Assembly: GCA_051530055.1 (NCBI GenBank)
Contig: CM121341.1
Span: 10,766,784 to 10,830,783 of the forward strand
Direction of reading: 5' to 3'
Length of the DNA: 64,000 nucleotides
Origin: Neoechinorhynchus agilis
Lineage: Eukaryota > Animalia > Acanthocephala
Shown here: positions 36,763 through 49,086 of the stretch, one piece after another
How the letters are laid out: every line of letters begins with the position of its first letter
Numbering within the stretch: the first letter of the stretch is position 1
Position numbers and translations under genes: made by a program
Notes under the pieces: generated by a model
Seen by the model: only the letters and a program-made list of their open reading frames with translations
What the model was told of the DNA's origin: nothing
Databases searched by the model: none

Positions 36763-38572
36763 GGCCGTTTTCGTTTTCTTCTCCGATCTATGAGACGTTT
36801 AATTTCTGCGTCATTCTCATCGAACCAATCCGGCTATTTTCGCCTTATGCTGAGATGGCCGTAAGGTGGGTAAGTGGTACTGATGAACAGGTTGATTGAA
36901 GTGGTATGTTCACGAACATTAGTCTCTCGTTGCTGCCGATCGGACACAAACAATACTCATCCACCATTTTCGTCTACTCCATGTTCCCTTGTCTAATACC
37001 GTTCCCGGTGTTACCCCCACTCCTGATTCAATAAATTGCTGATCTCTGAGCCTCGACATCAGGAAGGAAGTAACCAAATTGACATAACAAAAGAATTATT
37101 CCCCGCGGGATAATTTGGCATACTCAGAAGCCTTTTTAGACACGACTCCCCTCCCTGTAGCAGCCCAATAACAAAAAATATTGGGGGAGTACGTGTATGA
37201 TTACGGATAAAATAAGTACATCTTATAAAATAACAAAAGGACTAAGTAACAAATGGCTTTCACAATATAAATTCAGAGTCCGTTCTCCTTTTTCCAAGAA
37301 TCCACTTTCTCCCTGTCTCGTCTTTTCAGCCGCCTCACAATCTCGTAGAACGTATGTTCATAATTTATAGAACATCTTTTCCTGTTCTCGTGTGGGTAAT
37401 TCCAAATCTTTGTTATAAAAATACGCCATAAAAACGATTCCACCAATTCTCTTATTGAAATTTCCAAATTTTTCAAAACTTTCCATACTCGTTTGATAAA
37501 CCAGACGCCAAAATCAATCCGCACCTCGGGCGGCCTTCCTCTCCCAAAAAAACAGGATGAGCCAGCCAGAATCGTCTTCATAATTTCCACAGGATGACAT
37601 ATCATCACACCCAACCACATGATCCTCCTCACAATTGCTGCAACTTTGAGAAATGTAGATCCGAGAGCCGAGTTCAAGACAACTCTTCTTCTCGTAGAAT
37701 GAAAGTTTATCCCAAGCACTTTAGAACATCTTGAAACCTTCATCATTTGAGTGCGCGGATCCTCTAAAAATTTAGCATATAACTGCTTATGAGCCACATT
37801 GGAATCAATCAAAGGGACAAGCGTTGTTTTTCTTCTATTAGTGCTTAAATTCGCATCCTCTAAGCACTTGTCAAGTTTATATAGTACCGAATTCACTATG
37901 CGACATAAAACTTCCTTCTTCTTATGAAAAATAAAAAAGAAAATATCATCGGCGTAGAATAAAATTCTCACTCTGGATAACTTCTTCAATTTCCTAATAA
38001 TACCAATCATGCCAATTAAAAATAATGTCGGGACGACGGTGAACCCTGCGGAACCCCTAACTTAGAATAAAAAAGACTTTTCAACGGATCAACCTCTAAA
38101 AAATATGCCTTTGATTCCATTAAAAACTGAATACGACCAAGAAGCTTCTTGGGGAGCTTCAAGCCTAAAAAGTCTTATATATAAAATTCCTGCTAATAGT
38201 GCAGAACGCCTTATTAACATCAACCTGCAATAAAACCTTATAAACCTTAAGCACCGATTTCTGTAAAATACATTACTCATTAATTAGTGTTCCCGCTCCC
38301 TTTCCCGGTACAAAACCATGAAAACATTTCGGAATAAGATCCCTTCTACTGAGAATCCCCATTAATTCATCGTTTATTACTTTCTCCACAAGAAAAATGA
38401 TGGGGTTTTGAATCGATATAAACCTAATATCACTCGGAGATTAAATCTTTCCTTTAACTTTAGGTATTTTAAGTTTAATTTAATGATGATAACAATACCG
38501 GCTTGCCAGTAAAACTTAAAAAAGAACACAGCGCTCACCCTGAGTCGATAAACTGGCTGAGTTTGACATTTC

Positions 38573-38652
38573 GTAGTTGTGCCGAGGTGGTCAAGTGGAC
38601 TAATGCCCGTGATCCCGATTAGGCGTCAAGTGGTTCGAATCCGTTACCACCA
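38573..38652 (+). ncRNA. tRNA-like segment, copy 2
   Basis: A box-like TGCCGAGGTGG, B box GGTTCGAATCC (38632-38642), 3' ACCACCA. Confidence 0.7.
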
Positions 38653-38668
38653 ATGACGCACAGCCAAA

Positions 38669-38733
38669 GGGGACGAAATACCGCTGAAGGGAGGAAACTC
38701 ACTGATGAGTTCCGCCTCCTGGAGGTATCTGAG
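38669..38733 (+). ncRNA. Putative non-circularly permuted hammerhead ribozyme, copy 2
   Basis: GGGGAC(38669-74) GAAA(75-78) TACC(79-82); CTCA(38698-701) CTGATGA(702-708) GTTCC(709-713); GGTA(724-727) TC(728-729) TGAG(730-733). Confidence 0.7.
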
Positions 38734-41700
38734 GATCCGGAGGAATGCACAAACTCTTAACCGACATTAGAGACTATGTGGTTATATCACTTCTCTGATG
38801 TATTTGGTTTGGCTTTATGCCTAAATAAATAAGCCGGACAAGAAAGGGATTGACTAAAATTTAAAGATTTAACTTTAGGTATGATTAACTTCCTCACTAT
38901 ATTAAGCTTGCATAAGTCCTCAAAATTTACACGATTAGGCATACGCTTCAATATCTCGATCTTTACATCTTTACCAACTAAATCGAAAATCTTCGGTGAT
39001 ACCGACAAGTCGTTTACTCCAGAAATTCTTAGAAAAGGCTCTAGTCTCACTTATTATCAGTTTACCTCTCCTAATACTTTCAATAAATATTTCTTTGTAA
39101 AAACGAATCATTCACCGACCCCACAAACCTTCATTACCCCCTGCCTCTGCAATTCTTGCATTACGATAAAATGAACGCGCCGTTTTCGACGGTCTGTGCC
39201 GCCTTATGTGCGAAAAATTACTAAATTCCTCGAAGTTGCTACAGATATCATCTTATTTAAATTTTCCAATTTTACAGTCGAAAATTTGCAGATATCAGCC
39301 CGCAAGCAATTGTTAAAATTAACTAACCTGATCGAAACATTCCAAACGACTCTTGATTTAAGATCCATAATTCCCAACTCAAATATAATCAAATCGAGTC
39401 CCATCCTAAGTTGTTCAAGAAACTGCCCCAACACTTTCACCTGAATATTTAACTCTTTTTTACATATAACGTCCAAAAAAGAATGTACAGATTTTGTAAA
39501 ATTATGAAACGATGGGAAAGGAGTGAGGTGAAAAATGTATTCTTCTTCCCAATGTGAGAAACCACTAAACCCGTTGGAGTTTAAGGCACCCACAATAATG
39601 TCTGGATCCCATGTCTTAAACCACTTCTCTCTGTTATTCTTAGACCATGTAAGTCTTCTTGGCGCAACATAGAAATTAGCCATAATCCATCTACCACTAA
39701 GACGATATGAATCACCCATCCCCTAGATCGCTATTGATTGGACCGCAAAATACTCGTGCTTTACCTGAAATAAAAGCTCAGGTCTAAATCTCTTATGAAC
39801 ATAAGACTGTAGTCCACCTGAGAAAACAATATTATTATGGATTACTAAACCTCCGCTGGGCATTGATGTAAATGATATCATATCGCCTCTAATAACAAGA
39901 TTCATATTTCCCGTTTCTTGAAAGCAAACAACGTCCGCATCATCTAGTCGACCCGCTAAACAAATATTCTCTGACAAAACCAAGGCTATAGATACATTAT
40001 AAGAAATTAATATAAAATTATTCGTCATACAAGTAAGTAAATTATCATTAACATTAAACATTTTAAAATATTTAGCGACAACGACTTTTATGCCGACCAT
40101 TAACATGCCTACCCATCTTTCTAATCGGGCCATGCGATGACAACCCATCCTCCTTATTATCAGGTTCATCCTCTTTTTCACCTGATGCACACCTCTTACC
40201 CATCATCAATTTCTCCTGGACCTGTTTAATTACCTCATCCACCTGCTTACTATTTTCCGTCTTCTTGACCAAAGCAACCATATTTAATAAATCACAAATT
40301 ATTTTATCCTTCTCCTCGAGTTTTTTATTTAAATTATCCACCCTCTCTTTAAGTATTTCTAACTCCTCCTTAACCTCATCTTCTACCTGAAAACTATTTC
40401 TCCTAACCTTATCCTCTCCTTGAGGACCATTTTCCCCCATATTACTACCATCCACCTTTTCCACCTTCCGTTTAAACCAACTATTATAATCACCTGGCTT
40501 CGCCATTCTCCAGTAACTAACCGTTGCCGTACATGTAAGCCTATATGCCTCATGATTTCCTAAACAACTTGCACATTTAACTGAACCCAAAGTACTGCAA
40601 TTAATTGTGTTGTGAGGGCCACCACATCTCATACATTTAGCCTGACTGGCACATTGGAAACTTGTATGCCCCCATTTGCAGCAATTTGTGCATTGAGTTA
40701 AAACGTAATCATAAATCGACTCCGACTGGCGGGATACGAAATTAATCCAATATGCCATAGACCCAAAATATCTTTCCTGGACCTTGTCTACCTCATCCTG
40801 CGAGCCCGATACAAGTAAAGAATAAGGCTCCGAAGAAGGACTCCTTTTCAAATATTTAATTGGCACAATACCAAAAGTGTTTTGGAATAATATAAACTCA
40901 TCTTTCGACATATTCGGCGGTGGGTTTAGCACCAAAACTGATACTTTCCTTGATATATTTTTATACTTAATATTTTTACTACGAAGAAGCTCCTCAAATA
41001 GTTTCATTCCTTCAACTTCGAAGAAAATCATTAGCACCGCCAACTTGGTCCTAAAACATTTTTTAATCGGATATCTTCTGTCACCACTAAAGTTATTAGG
41101 TTTTAAACCTTCCGAAAAATATATCTTCGTTAAATCACTTGCATTAAATCTCCTAAATCATCTTCATTAATTTTCAACACAAAATCATCTCTTCTTCTCG
41201 GCAACCGAAAAACACCTCTGAACACTGAATCAGAACATTCACCGTGATGGAGGGCCGACAGCCCACTACTCTCCAAAACAATGAAAAAAGATCCGATATC
41301 ATGAACGAGACAAAGTCGATACAGTTCTCTTAAAAACAACGAAAAGTGTTGCACTTTTTAACTTTGAGGACGATAAAGTAGCGAGCACAATTCGCCTAGT
41401 CATCGGCACAACAGTCATGAACAAGAAATTGGCGGATGATATATTAACCTTTGATTTTTGTCTGTGTCATTTTTCCTAGTTAACGCTTACCGATTTCAAT
41501 TTTTATCTTACTTGATGATCCGAGATACTCATGTGCAATGCTTACTTGATTCGAGGATCCGAGAGTCGTCTGCGAAATAAATCTTTCAACATGGTACCGC
41601 CATACATACTAAAATTGCGACTATGCTTTATTTTAGAAAAAATTATGAAACTATCACGCCTATAGATTACTGTATTTCGTTCAATTTCGACTCTCGGTCG

Positions 41701-41740
41701 ACCGTCCTTGTCTATTGCGTCTTCTACTGTGGTGCTTTTT

Positions 41741-42151
41741 TCATCTTGGATTCTCGTCATTATTTTCGTTAAAGCGATTTGCGCTCCGATCGCAGTAGTC
41801 GTTAACGTATTTTGTAATAATATCGGCATTTTTATTACCTTCCGCCGTACCGAGTATTCTAGAATTGTGAGCAACTTCAAGGAGATAATGAATGCAAAGT
41901 TCCTCCTTTTTCAAAAGATCGACGAATATACCCTTATAAAACTGCAAACAAAGTCCAATGAGACTGGAATTCACGAACCCATTGAAGACTCTTGGCGCAA
42001 AATTGTTTTGTTGATTCGCTTGGATTTTGTAATTAAATTGTGGCATCGCTTGAAATGAATATTGTTGATCACAAGGATGGAAGTATGGTCTCGGATGAGT
42101 AAGGACCTCCGGCATCGTAACGTTTGTCATTGAAGGCGGATATAGCACCAA
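41741..42151 (-). CDS. ORF X copy a1' (22-bp deletion removes the start)
   Basis: Matches the a1 diagnostic residues (NFAP, CIHY, RFNENNDENPR). Confidence 0.35.
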   Translation of the reverse strand: MVLYPPSMTNVTMPEVLTHPRPYFHPCDQQYSFQAMPQFNYKIQANQQNNFAPRVFNGFVNSSLIGLCLQFYKGIFVDLLKKEELCIHYLLEVAHNSRILGTAEGNKNADIITKYVNDYCDRSANRFNENNDENPR

Positions 42152-42799
42152 ATAAGGATGAGTCTAAGAACCCATCAACCGGGAAAATAGGCGTAACATA
42201 AATAAATAATTAGAGCGTAACATTGAAATGTTTTGTAAACAACTCGATTTGTTTTCCGGCAAATTACGGTATTTATCAGCAAATGTCCGTATTCTAGTGA
42301 ACCCAAAGAATTAGTTGGCCTTTCTAAAGCGCTGTTTTAATTAAAAAAGCAAAAGATATGTGCAGGGGATTGGCTTCAGTATTTTTCACGAGAAATAAAG
42401 TTAATTCCAAATCCCAGTAGTCTACGAGATTTTTAACTAGCAAATTCTATAAGCGATTTAAATCGGATTTCATCAAAACTTAAACTTTGGTCACTACGTT
42501 GCGTCCTAACGAATTGGATTTTAGACGTCTAACGTTGCTAATAAAATTTATAATTGCAATAGCTTGATTACTTAGTCACGAAAATTGGCATTGAACTGAA
42601 TCCTGCGAGATAACTCTACACCTGTTACACCTTCTAGGAAGCTCTATTTTTGACTCAAATGTGCAAAAAAAAGAGATTGCCAATCTTCAACTGCAGGTTT
42701 CGGTGCTGTGTGAACGAACTAATGAATTATCCTAACACGAGGCTCTGCTCCTGATGCAAACATAAGATTTATTTGAAGGAAAACATTTTTATGATTAAC

Positions 42800-43400
42800 C
42801 GACATAATTTATGTGTAGGAATAATTATAATTCGGTAGTAATAAAGTTATATCATCGCTGTCCATTTAAGCGCTTGTTTCCAGGAGTAAGGGAGTTTGCC
42901 CAGAGTCTCTAGGAAAGTGATAATGTACTTTAATCGTTATTCGAGGGTCTTCTTCTAGAGTAAAAACTAGGCCCGAGATTGCCCAAGAGTTCCAAATGAT
43001 TTTGGTATCATGATAGCAGAGTCCAAGTTTAAGAGCTCTTCTTGAAATCCATATCCACTAATTGGCCATTGAGGTCACCTACAAGTTTTGTCCTTCATCC
43101 TCCAACCAATCACTCAGACACAACGATCGGCCATAGTTCTCCAAACCTCGACTGGATTCTGAATGATTTCTCGGTGAATCTACTGAAGATGGTTGATCGG
43201 AGAATCGCAACTACCATCCGCAATTTGGAAACACGCATTCTGAAGCATTTGAGTCTCCTCAGCTCAACCATTCAACAGAGCTTTAATCGAATCAATCAAG
43301 CATCGATCGAAGGTACACCTTCAGTTGCCAAAAGACCTATGGATCAATCGTCCGTATCTGTTTGTTTAACCGAAATAGTCGACATGAACGATGACGATAT
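42800..43400 (+). mobile_element. LINE family B 5' fragment
   Basis: ORF 43042 matches 30865 and 22730; truncated at ..ATGACGATAT (43400). Confidence 0.85.
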
Positions 43401-43479
43401 ATCGATGCTCTTCTTTGATCTCTGGGTAATCTTCTTGGTAAATTCGAGCTTAATTTTAAAAAAATCTTTTTAAAAATAG

Positions 43480-44100
43480 TGGACATCCTCAGAAACAAAT
43501 TACACGCTGCGTTCAAGGCAAGAGTTACTGGAATAGAAGATCAACACGGAGATCGGGTGAGGAAAAACGATACATAAACATCCCTTATGTAAATGAAAAA
43601 TGGCACAAAAATTTGAACTCAAAAATAGTGAATGCGTACTGACTAAAAGGAATTAAAGCAATAACTTACACCAAACAACAAAAGACCCTCGATGCTTTCA
43701 TAAGTTCTGCGAAGGGTGACCCACCACATGGCGTGGCTTATAGCATACCATGCACAGACTGCAACAAGTCCTATACGGACAAACGGATAATGTTGCTCGC
43801 AGAACTTATGAGCACAAATACGCATTGAGGAGGCAAGATAAAAATTCTGCGATAGTGAATCATGTAGATAACACAGGACACTCAATCGATTTTAATGACA
43901 CAAAAATATTGGGCCGTAGCGACGACCGATACACTCGTATCATAACTGAAACGGTCTATATTAAAAATAACGAAACAATGGAAGGCAACAAGCCCGATTA
44001 TATCCTCAAAATGAGGATTACATAAATTCTCCATATCTTATTTTTACATCTGAAGAAGACCCACGTTGAGGTCGAAATATTATATACATTGTGTATATTC
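43480..44100 (+). mobile_element. Penelope-like element 3' fragment (GIY-YIG endonuclease)
   Basis: INIPYVNE, VAYSIPCTDCNKSY-GQT...RTYEH...SAIVNHVDNTGHSIDF...RIITETVYI; hammerhead motif downstream. Confidence 0.85.
44044..44090 (+). ncRNA. Minimal hammerhead ribozyme motif (PLE-type)
   Basis: TTACAT-CTGAAGA-A-GACC-CACGTTGA-GGTC-GAAA-TATTATATA; palindromic ATAT at stem III. Confidence 0.75.
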
Positions 44101-44499
44101 TTTTACCAATAAAATCACCTTTTTATCAACATATTATGGGACAATCAATTTTTACAACATTTAGATTCATTAAAGGTTCAACCAATGGACAAAGATCTTC
44201 ATTAGTCGCAATCGATCTAGCACATGTTTCCAGGCGCAAACTGGAGAAATCACCCAGTTGCTTTGCCAAATAATGCCGAGTATCTTGACTTGATGTTATC
44301 AGTTGCAGGATACAAGGAGTAGCGACCTTAGCCGAACGAACGATTTCGTATACCAGATTGAAAAATATACTTGGCGAGGATATCTCTAACTTTCCTTTTG
44401 CCCTATGTGATTTAGATTTGAGAATAAATTGGCCCATTCGTTTAACAGATTCATGTAAAGAAGGTACAAAAAGAATCTAATGTCGCTATTGCAGCATCG

Positions 44500-44900
44500 T
44501 AGTTTGATTCCTTTACCACTACAGTGAGATCATCCGCATACAGAGTCAAACAAGGGCGAAGTATTCAATTCTGCACAATAAACTGTGTTACCATGACAAA
44601 GAGGATAGGTGAAAGCGGTGATCCTTCAGGGGCGCCTATAGTTGGGTAGAAAAAGCACTTTTGTAAATCATCTTGGAAATAAAAGTGCTTGGACCTCAGA
44701 TTGTTGTTAACCCGAGCGATGATGTTATAGGAAAAACTAAACAGTCCAATCCGACGTTATCACAGGCTTTTGTGATATCGAAAGTGATTAATATGTTCGT
44801 AGACCGGACATCGTAGGTAAAGTATTGGATAATCTCTTTTATCACGGTATGAACTGACTTTCCAGGATTACTGGAATTTTCCTCTGAATACACTATTAGA
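44500..44900 (-). mobile_element. RT fragment related to LINE family B
   Basis: PGKSVHTVIKEI..STNILITFDITKACD resembles PGKSLHSAIREI..STNLLISFDISRAFD at 32.6 kb. Confidence 0.7.
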
Positions 44901-44919
44901 TTTCCAACGAAAAAACCAA

Positions 44920-46460
44920 ATACTTAAAAGCTCCATCTCTCTCGTCACCATCCTCTCTCGCGTGAACGTCCTCAAAAGTCGAAAACAATTGGCGATACAA
45001 TTAAATCTTCATCGCCGCGCTCACCTTCATGGCTGGTAAAATGTCCCGTAACCCAGCCTCTAAGAGAATCACCTGCTCATGCCAAGGGTGCTCGATAACA
45101 ACCCTCATCGCCCCAACGCACATCCCAGAGCCTTGCCCGTTCTTTATCTTTGGGTTCTGCTGCGCCAAGCTGCTGATCAAATTTGCACCAGATCGAATAC
45201 CATTTGGAATGCCTTTTGGAGTTATCAACAGGGCACTTTCGACCGCGATCGACGCTAACCTCGAAACATCAACTTCTACCATGCCTTTGAACATCACAAT
45301 AGAAGCCATCTCACAGATTTCTCCCGATCTGATGCCCAACAACGGCCCATCACCAGAATCATTCCACCACCCCGATCTCTTTCCTCCCGTTTCACCCGTC
45401 ATAACACTTCCCACTCAACTGAGTATATCTACAAAACACAACCAAACAATTGTCAACGATCCCTTACCAGCTCCCAGCAGCCCGTTAATTTCACATCTAA
45501 TTAATGACAAAGAGCGTGACCTGTTTCCGTACATGGCCAAGCAACTATTTTGTGACAACCCAAACATGCCGTCCACATCCGGAAATGATAAATCGTCTCT
45601 GGACCCTAGACCTAACTCAATCCCGATTATCAAACCTCCGGTTCAGACTCATATTACCTCCCTCACATCCACCCTTCGCGCAGCTCCTTCTTATTCCGCT
45701 CGTCGACTTCCGTCCTTTCAAGACTACGCTTGCTTCTCAACCACGTCTACCCTTCAGCCTCCCTCTCATCAGATTTTATCGGAGATAACACCTCCCTCGC
45801 CGAAATCTTCTCGTGCACCACAAAATCGTCCGCCTAACAAATCGAGGGTTGTTCCTAACACATCCGGCCTTCTCCCTGGCTCCACCCAACACCACGATCT
45901 CTTCATCTCCGGTATTTCTGAATTTCCTGAAGTTACTGAATGTCCAATTTCTAGCCGTTTCAATGCGTTGAAACACAATCTGCTACATCTCAACGAAATT
46001 ACCCGTACGCTCTTCCCTTGTAACAACCTTTGGGCACCTGTATCTGCTCACCGCATCCCATCAAATAATCCAGCTGACTCTCGTCCACGCCTTCTAAAAG
46101 TTAGCTTTCACCTTCGTGACACTGCCTCTGCCTACATCTCCAAACGCTTTCTTTTACTAAAATCACTCCTCCCTTACCGGATATTTCCAGCCCGGCAGTC
46201 AATAAGTTGTCGTCCGTTCAACACACGCTTTCTCCTGCGGTAAATTTTGGATACCTCCCAAGGAACCCGATGTTCCTTGGCAGAAATTAGATATACAACG
46301 GTTTTCCATCCCTTATCAGAAAATCGTCACACCTCAGACATACTAATCACCACAGAAACCCGGCTCAGTGACTCAAACAAAGACACCGCAGCCATATCTA
46401 ACTTCACTCACTTTCACTCTGTCAGAGGCCCAACCCAAAAAATTTCGGTCGGCCTTGAAC
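44920..46460 (+). mobile_element. CR1/L2-like LINE 5' part (404-aa ORF1, start of APE)
   Basis: ORF1 ends DLFISGISE...SAHRIP...RPRLLKVSF, an L2/CR1-type ORF1 C-terminus; then DILITTETRLSD. C-rich like the 4.6-kb element. Confidence 0.7.
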
Positions 46461-46900
46461 GATCCACTTGCACTCTAGATGAACAGGCAACCACAACATC
46501 ACCCGACTTGACACCCATCTCGTCCCTCCAACGCGCTTGAGAGTCCACCATTATAAATGAGTCGGCCTTCCTGAGGCTGTGGTTGATCGACATCATCAAA
46601 GAGTCAAAGTGTCGTGCAAGCCGTGATTCCAAATGTTGGATGGCAGTGCTGATGCGAATCTCAATCATTCTCATTATGTTGTTTGTAAATTCGGCCATCT
46701 TGGTGTCTAGGGAATGTGTAACGGTAAGGGGGTTCGAAATGACCTCTCAAGACATGAAATAGCAGAAAGGTATGCTTTCAAGGAAAATTTAATGGGAGCG
46801 GGCCAATCAGTCGCAGAATTGTTGGCAGAAGCTAGAGGATTAACAAATCGGTGCGAATTTTGTCTGAAGGATATAAACTACGAAAATCGGCGATCGATAA
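46414..46900. mobile_element. Two small TE scraps: family-B-like ORF1 (-, 46414-46698) and gypsy gag (+, ~46720-46900)
   Basis: MIEIRISTAIQHLESRLARHFDSL resembles MVDRRIATTIRNLETRILKHLSLL; AERYAFKEN..GQSVAELLAEARGLTNRCEF resembles the gag ERY.F..Q..GESV....LR.LA..C.F motif. Confidence 0.6.
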
Positions 46901-47179
46901 CCGGTTACGAGATTTGGTAGTAGCGTTCACCCTGTATTCAGAAGTGCATATGAAAACATTAAAGACTGTGTATTCGCCTTTAGAATTAGTATTGAAAATC
47001 TCTAGTGCGATTTAGATGATGACTCACGCTTCAACGTTGATGGATAAGGATAACTCCACCAATGAAAGTTTTCGAAGAGTAGTTAAACTAGAATCGATGG
47101 ACGACAGATCCCTAACTAATTACAGGTATTGTCTGCGACCAATAAATATAAGGATGTTCGATTTTTTCGCTACTCAATA

Positions 47180-47500
47180 ACAGTACTTGGCAAAATGACT
47201 AAGGAGGGAAAATATATCTTCAACAAGCTCATGAAGAATTAAAGTTACTAACAAAAATCACTATGGGCACCTCATTTCTGGAAGCTTGCCTCGTCAATTA
47301 TCTTTTACCAAGGATCGTAAACTTCAAACTATATGACCCTGAAGCTAGAGGATGTGTCGACGAAGACCTTCAAAAAGCGCTAATCGAGAGGGAACTGTAA
47401 GAAAAAAGCCTAGTTGGAAATTTCGTCAGCTAAGAAAACGAACCACCAACCTGCATTTCTATATCAGTGTGATGCACATGAGAAGAATAATCGATAATTA
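47180..47500 (+). mobile_element. Possible PLE N-terminal ORF remnant
   Basis: GTSFLEACLVNYLLPRIVNFK fits the PLE FL..C....L.P motif. Confidence 0.45.
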
Positions 47501-47511
47501 TCGACAATCGG

Positions 47512-47800
47512 TCAAAAATAGACACTTGAGAAAGTTGCGGAGCTTATATGGATCAGGAGTATCAATCTAACGTCCGCGGAAGATTCGATCATCTTTTTAT
47601 TCGGTATAATAACTTTTTTAACCATATTTATCTCCTTTAAATCCTCGAAACTTAATCTTTTATTCCATTTATCCAAGAGTTTATTTCGGTTATTAATATT
47701 TACAACGTTGAAAGCTTTTGGAGAACAAGATAGTGTTATTGGCCCCCGAGTCACTTCCACAGTAACCAAGCAAAGATTCTTTGTCAATTTCCATTGATAT
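47512..47800 (-). mobile_element. RT fragment of the A/D LINE group
   Basis: LSFEDLKEINMVKKVIIP resembles IDFNDLLNINIVKKIFIP. Confidence 0.7.
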
Positions 47801-47889
47801 TCTGCTTATCTAGGGCGGACTCCATGATGGCATTGAAGATACTCCAAAAAGATTACGCCTTAAAATTTGGCGTTATAAGTCGCCACGGG

Positions 47890-48210
47890 TGTAGACACGT
47901 TCGCGGCAAGTAACAAGAGGTTTGTGGTGCAATCCCCAGGGGAAGCGGCTACTGCGGCGGAGGACTGAAAGGTGGCGCAGTATAGAGAATTTAGTAGGTC
48001 TCACGTTTTTATACCCTTTGGAGTGGAGACTCTTGGTGCGCTCGGTAGCTCGCCACTTAGATTTACGAAGGAGTTATCGAGTAGACTCCAGGCTAAGACA
48101 GGAAATACAAGAGCTGGAGCCTTCCTACGCCAAAACATTGGTCTCGCGATCCAAAGAGGAAACAAGGCGAGTGTGGTCGGACCACTGAGGGGAGAGCTAA
48201 ACGTTTTGTT
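47890..48210 (+). mobile_element. CRE-like element 3' end
   Basis: YREFSRSHVFIPFGVETLGALGS..QNIGLAIQRGNKASVVG. Confidence 0.8.
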
Positions 48211-49086
48211 GTTGTGTGTGCAACCGGTGAAAATTTGGAAAATAATGGACGAATTTTAAAAAATTGAATAATCGGTGTTTTGTTGATACGATCGCACTTG
48301 TTTGCTCTGGGACTGTTGCACCATAAAAAACTTACATTTTTCATATTTTTTATTTTTTAAATAATGACTTCTGTACCGAATACATTTGGGATTTTCTTGC
48401 TTCATCGAATTTTTTATTGCCATGTTAAATGTCCCAGCTCGCCAATGGTGGAGGTCGTGCCCATAATGCTGGCATAGTTCCTATCAGTTTCTTTAACATC
48501 GCTAATAATCATTCTTTTTCTTTGTCTTTAAAGTGGCCAGGGCGTTTTTTTTGTAAAACAACCTGAACTTCAATGATTTAGAATTGTAGCTTTAACAACC
48601 CGTTGTAGCATCTGCCCCTTTCTTATTGATATCCACCGACTTAATCCAATTTCGAACTGGTATCATCAGATGAATTCATCCTCTGAGCAAAGAATCGCTT
48701 TGAAGTACCCAAACGTGTACTCATCGTTCCTGGGCCAAACAAGCACGGCGAATGGCAGCAGTTTAAGCTGATTCCAGCCGATTGCTATTTTAATAGCGAA
48801 TGCGCAATATTTCGTTGGACTTTTTGGGCATGGTGATTCCATTAAAGATAACGGAGTCTGCAAAATGCGGTCTTATAAATTAATCCAGTCGCATACACCG
48901 ATTGAACAACTTAACTACGGTCGATGAGGGTTGAAAATCGTTTTCTCACGAACGTTTTGGATGAATCGACTACATTATTTGTGCAGCAAATATCGCCATG
49001 CAATATACAACCGGAAACCTTTCTTTAAAAATATCTTAGCTCAAAATGCCTTTTTACTTCTTTAAATCAATTCCCGAACACTCACA

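Larger units (their letters stand above)
38468..38867 (+). mobile_element. 400-bp tRNA/hammerhead insertion, copy 2, 15-bp TSD
   Basis: TTTAACTTTAGGTAT at 38453-38467 and 38868-38882. Confidence 0.9.
37195..41350 (-). mobile_element. LINE family A, second (inverted) copy
   Basis: Mirror ORFs 40072-41043, 39204-40190, 38787-39050 and 37273-38010. Confidence 0.9.
35915..43400. repeat. Right arm of the ~7.5-kb inverted duplication
   Basis: Reverse complement of ~22753-30269 with scattered SNPs and small indels. Confidence 0.95.

Noticed and set aside
48630-48680. Hammerhead-like CTGATGA...CGAAA on the minus strand
   Set aside because: No stem II pairing between the two core motifs; other isolated CTGANGA hits (7735, 9627, 33834, 59641) also lack stems or GAAA.
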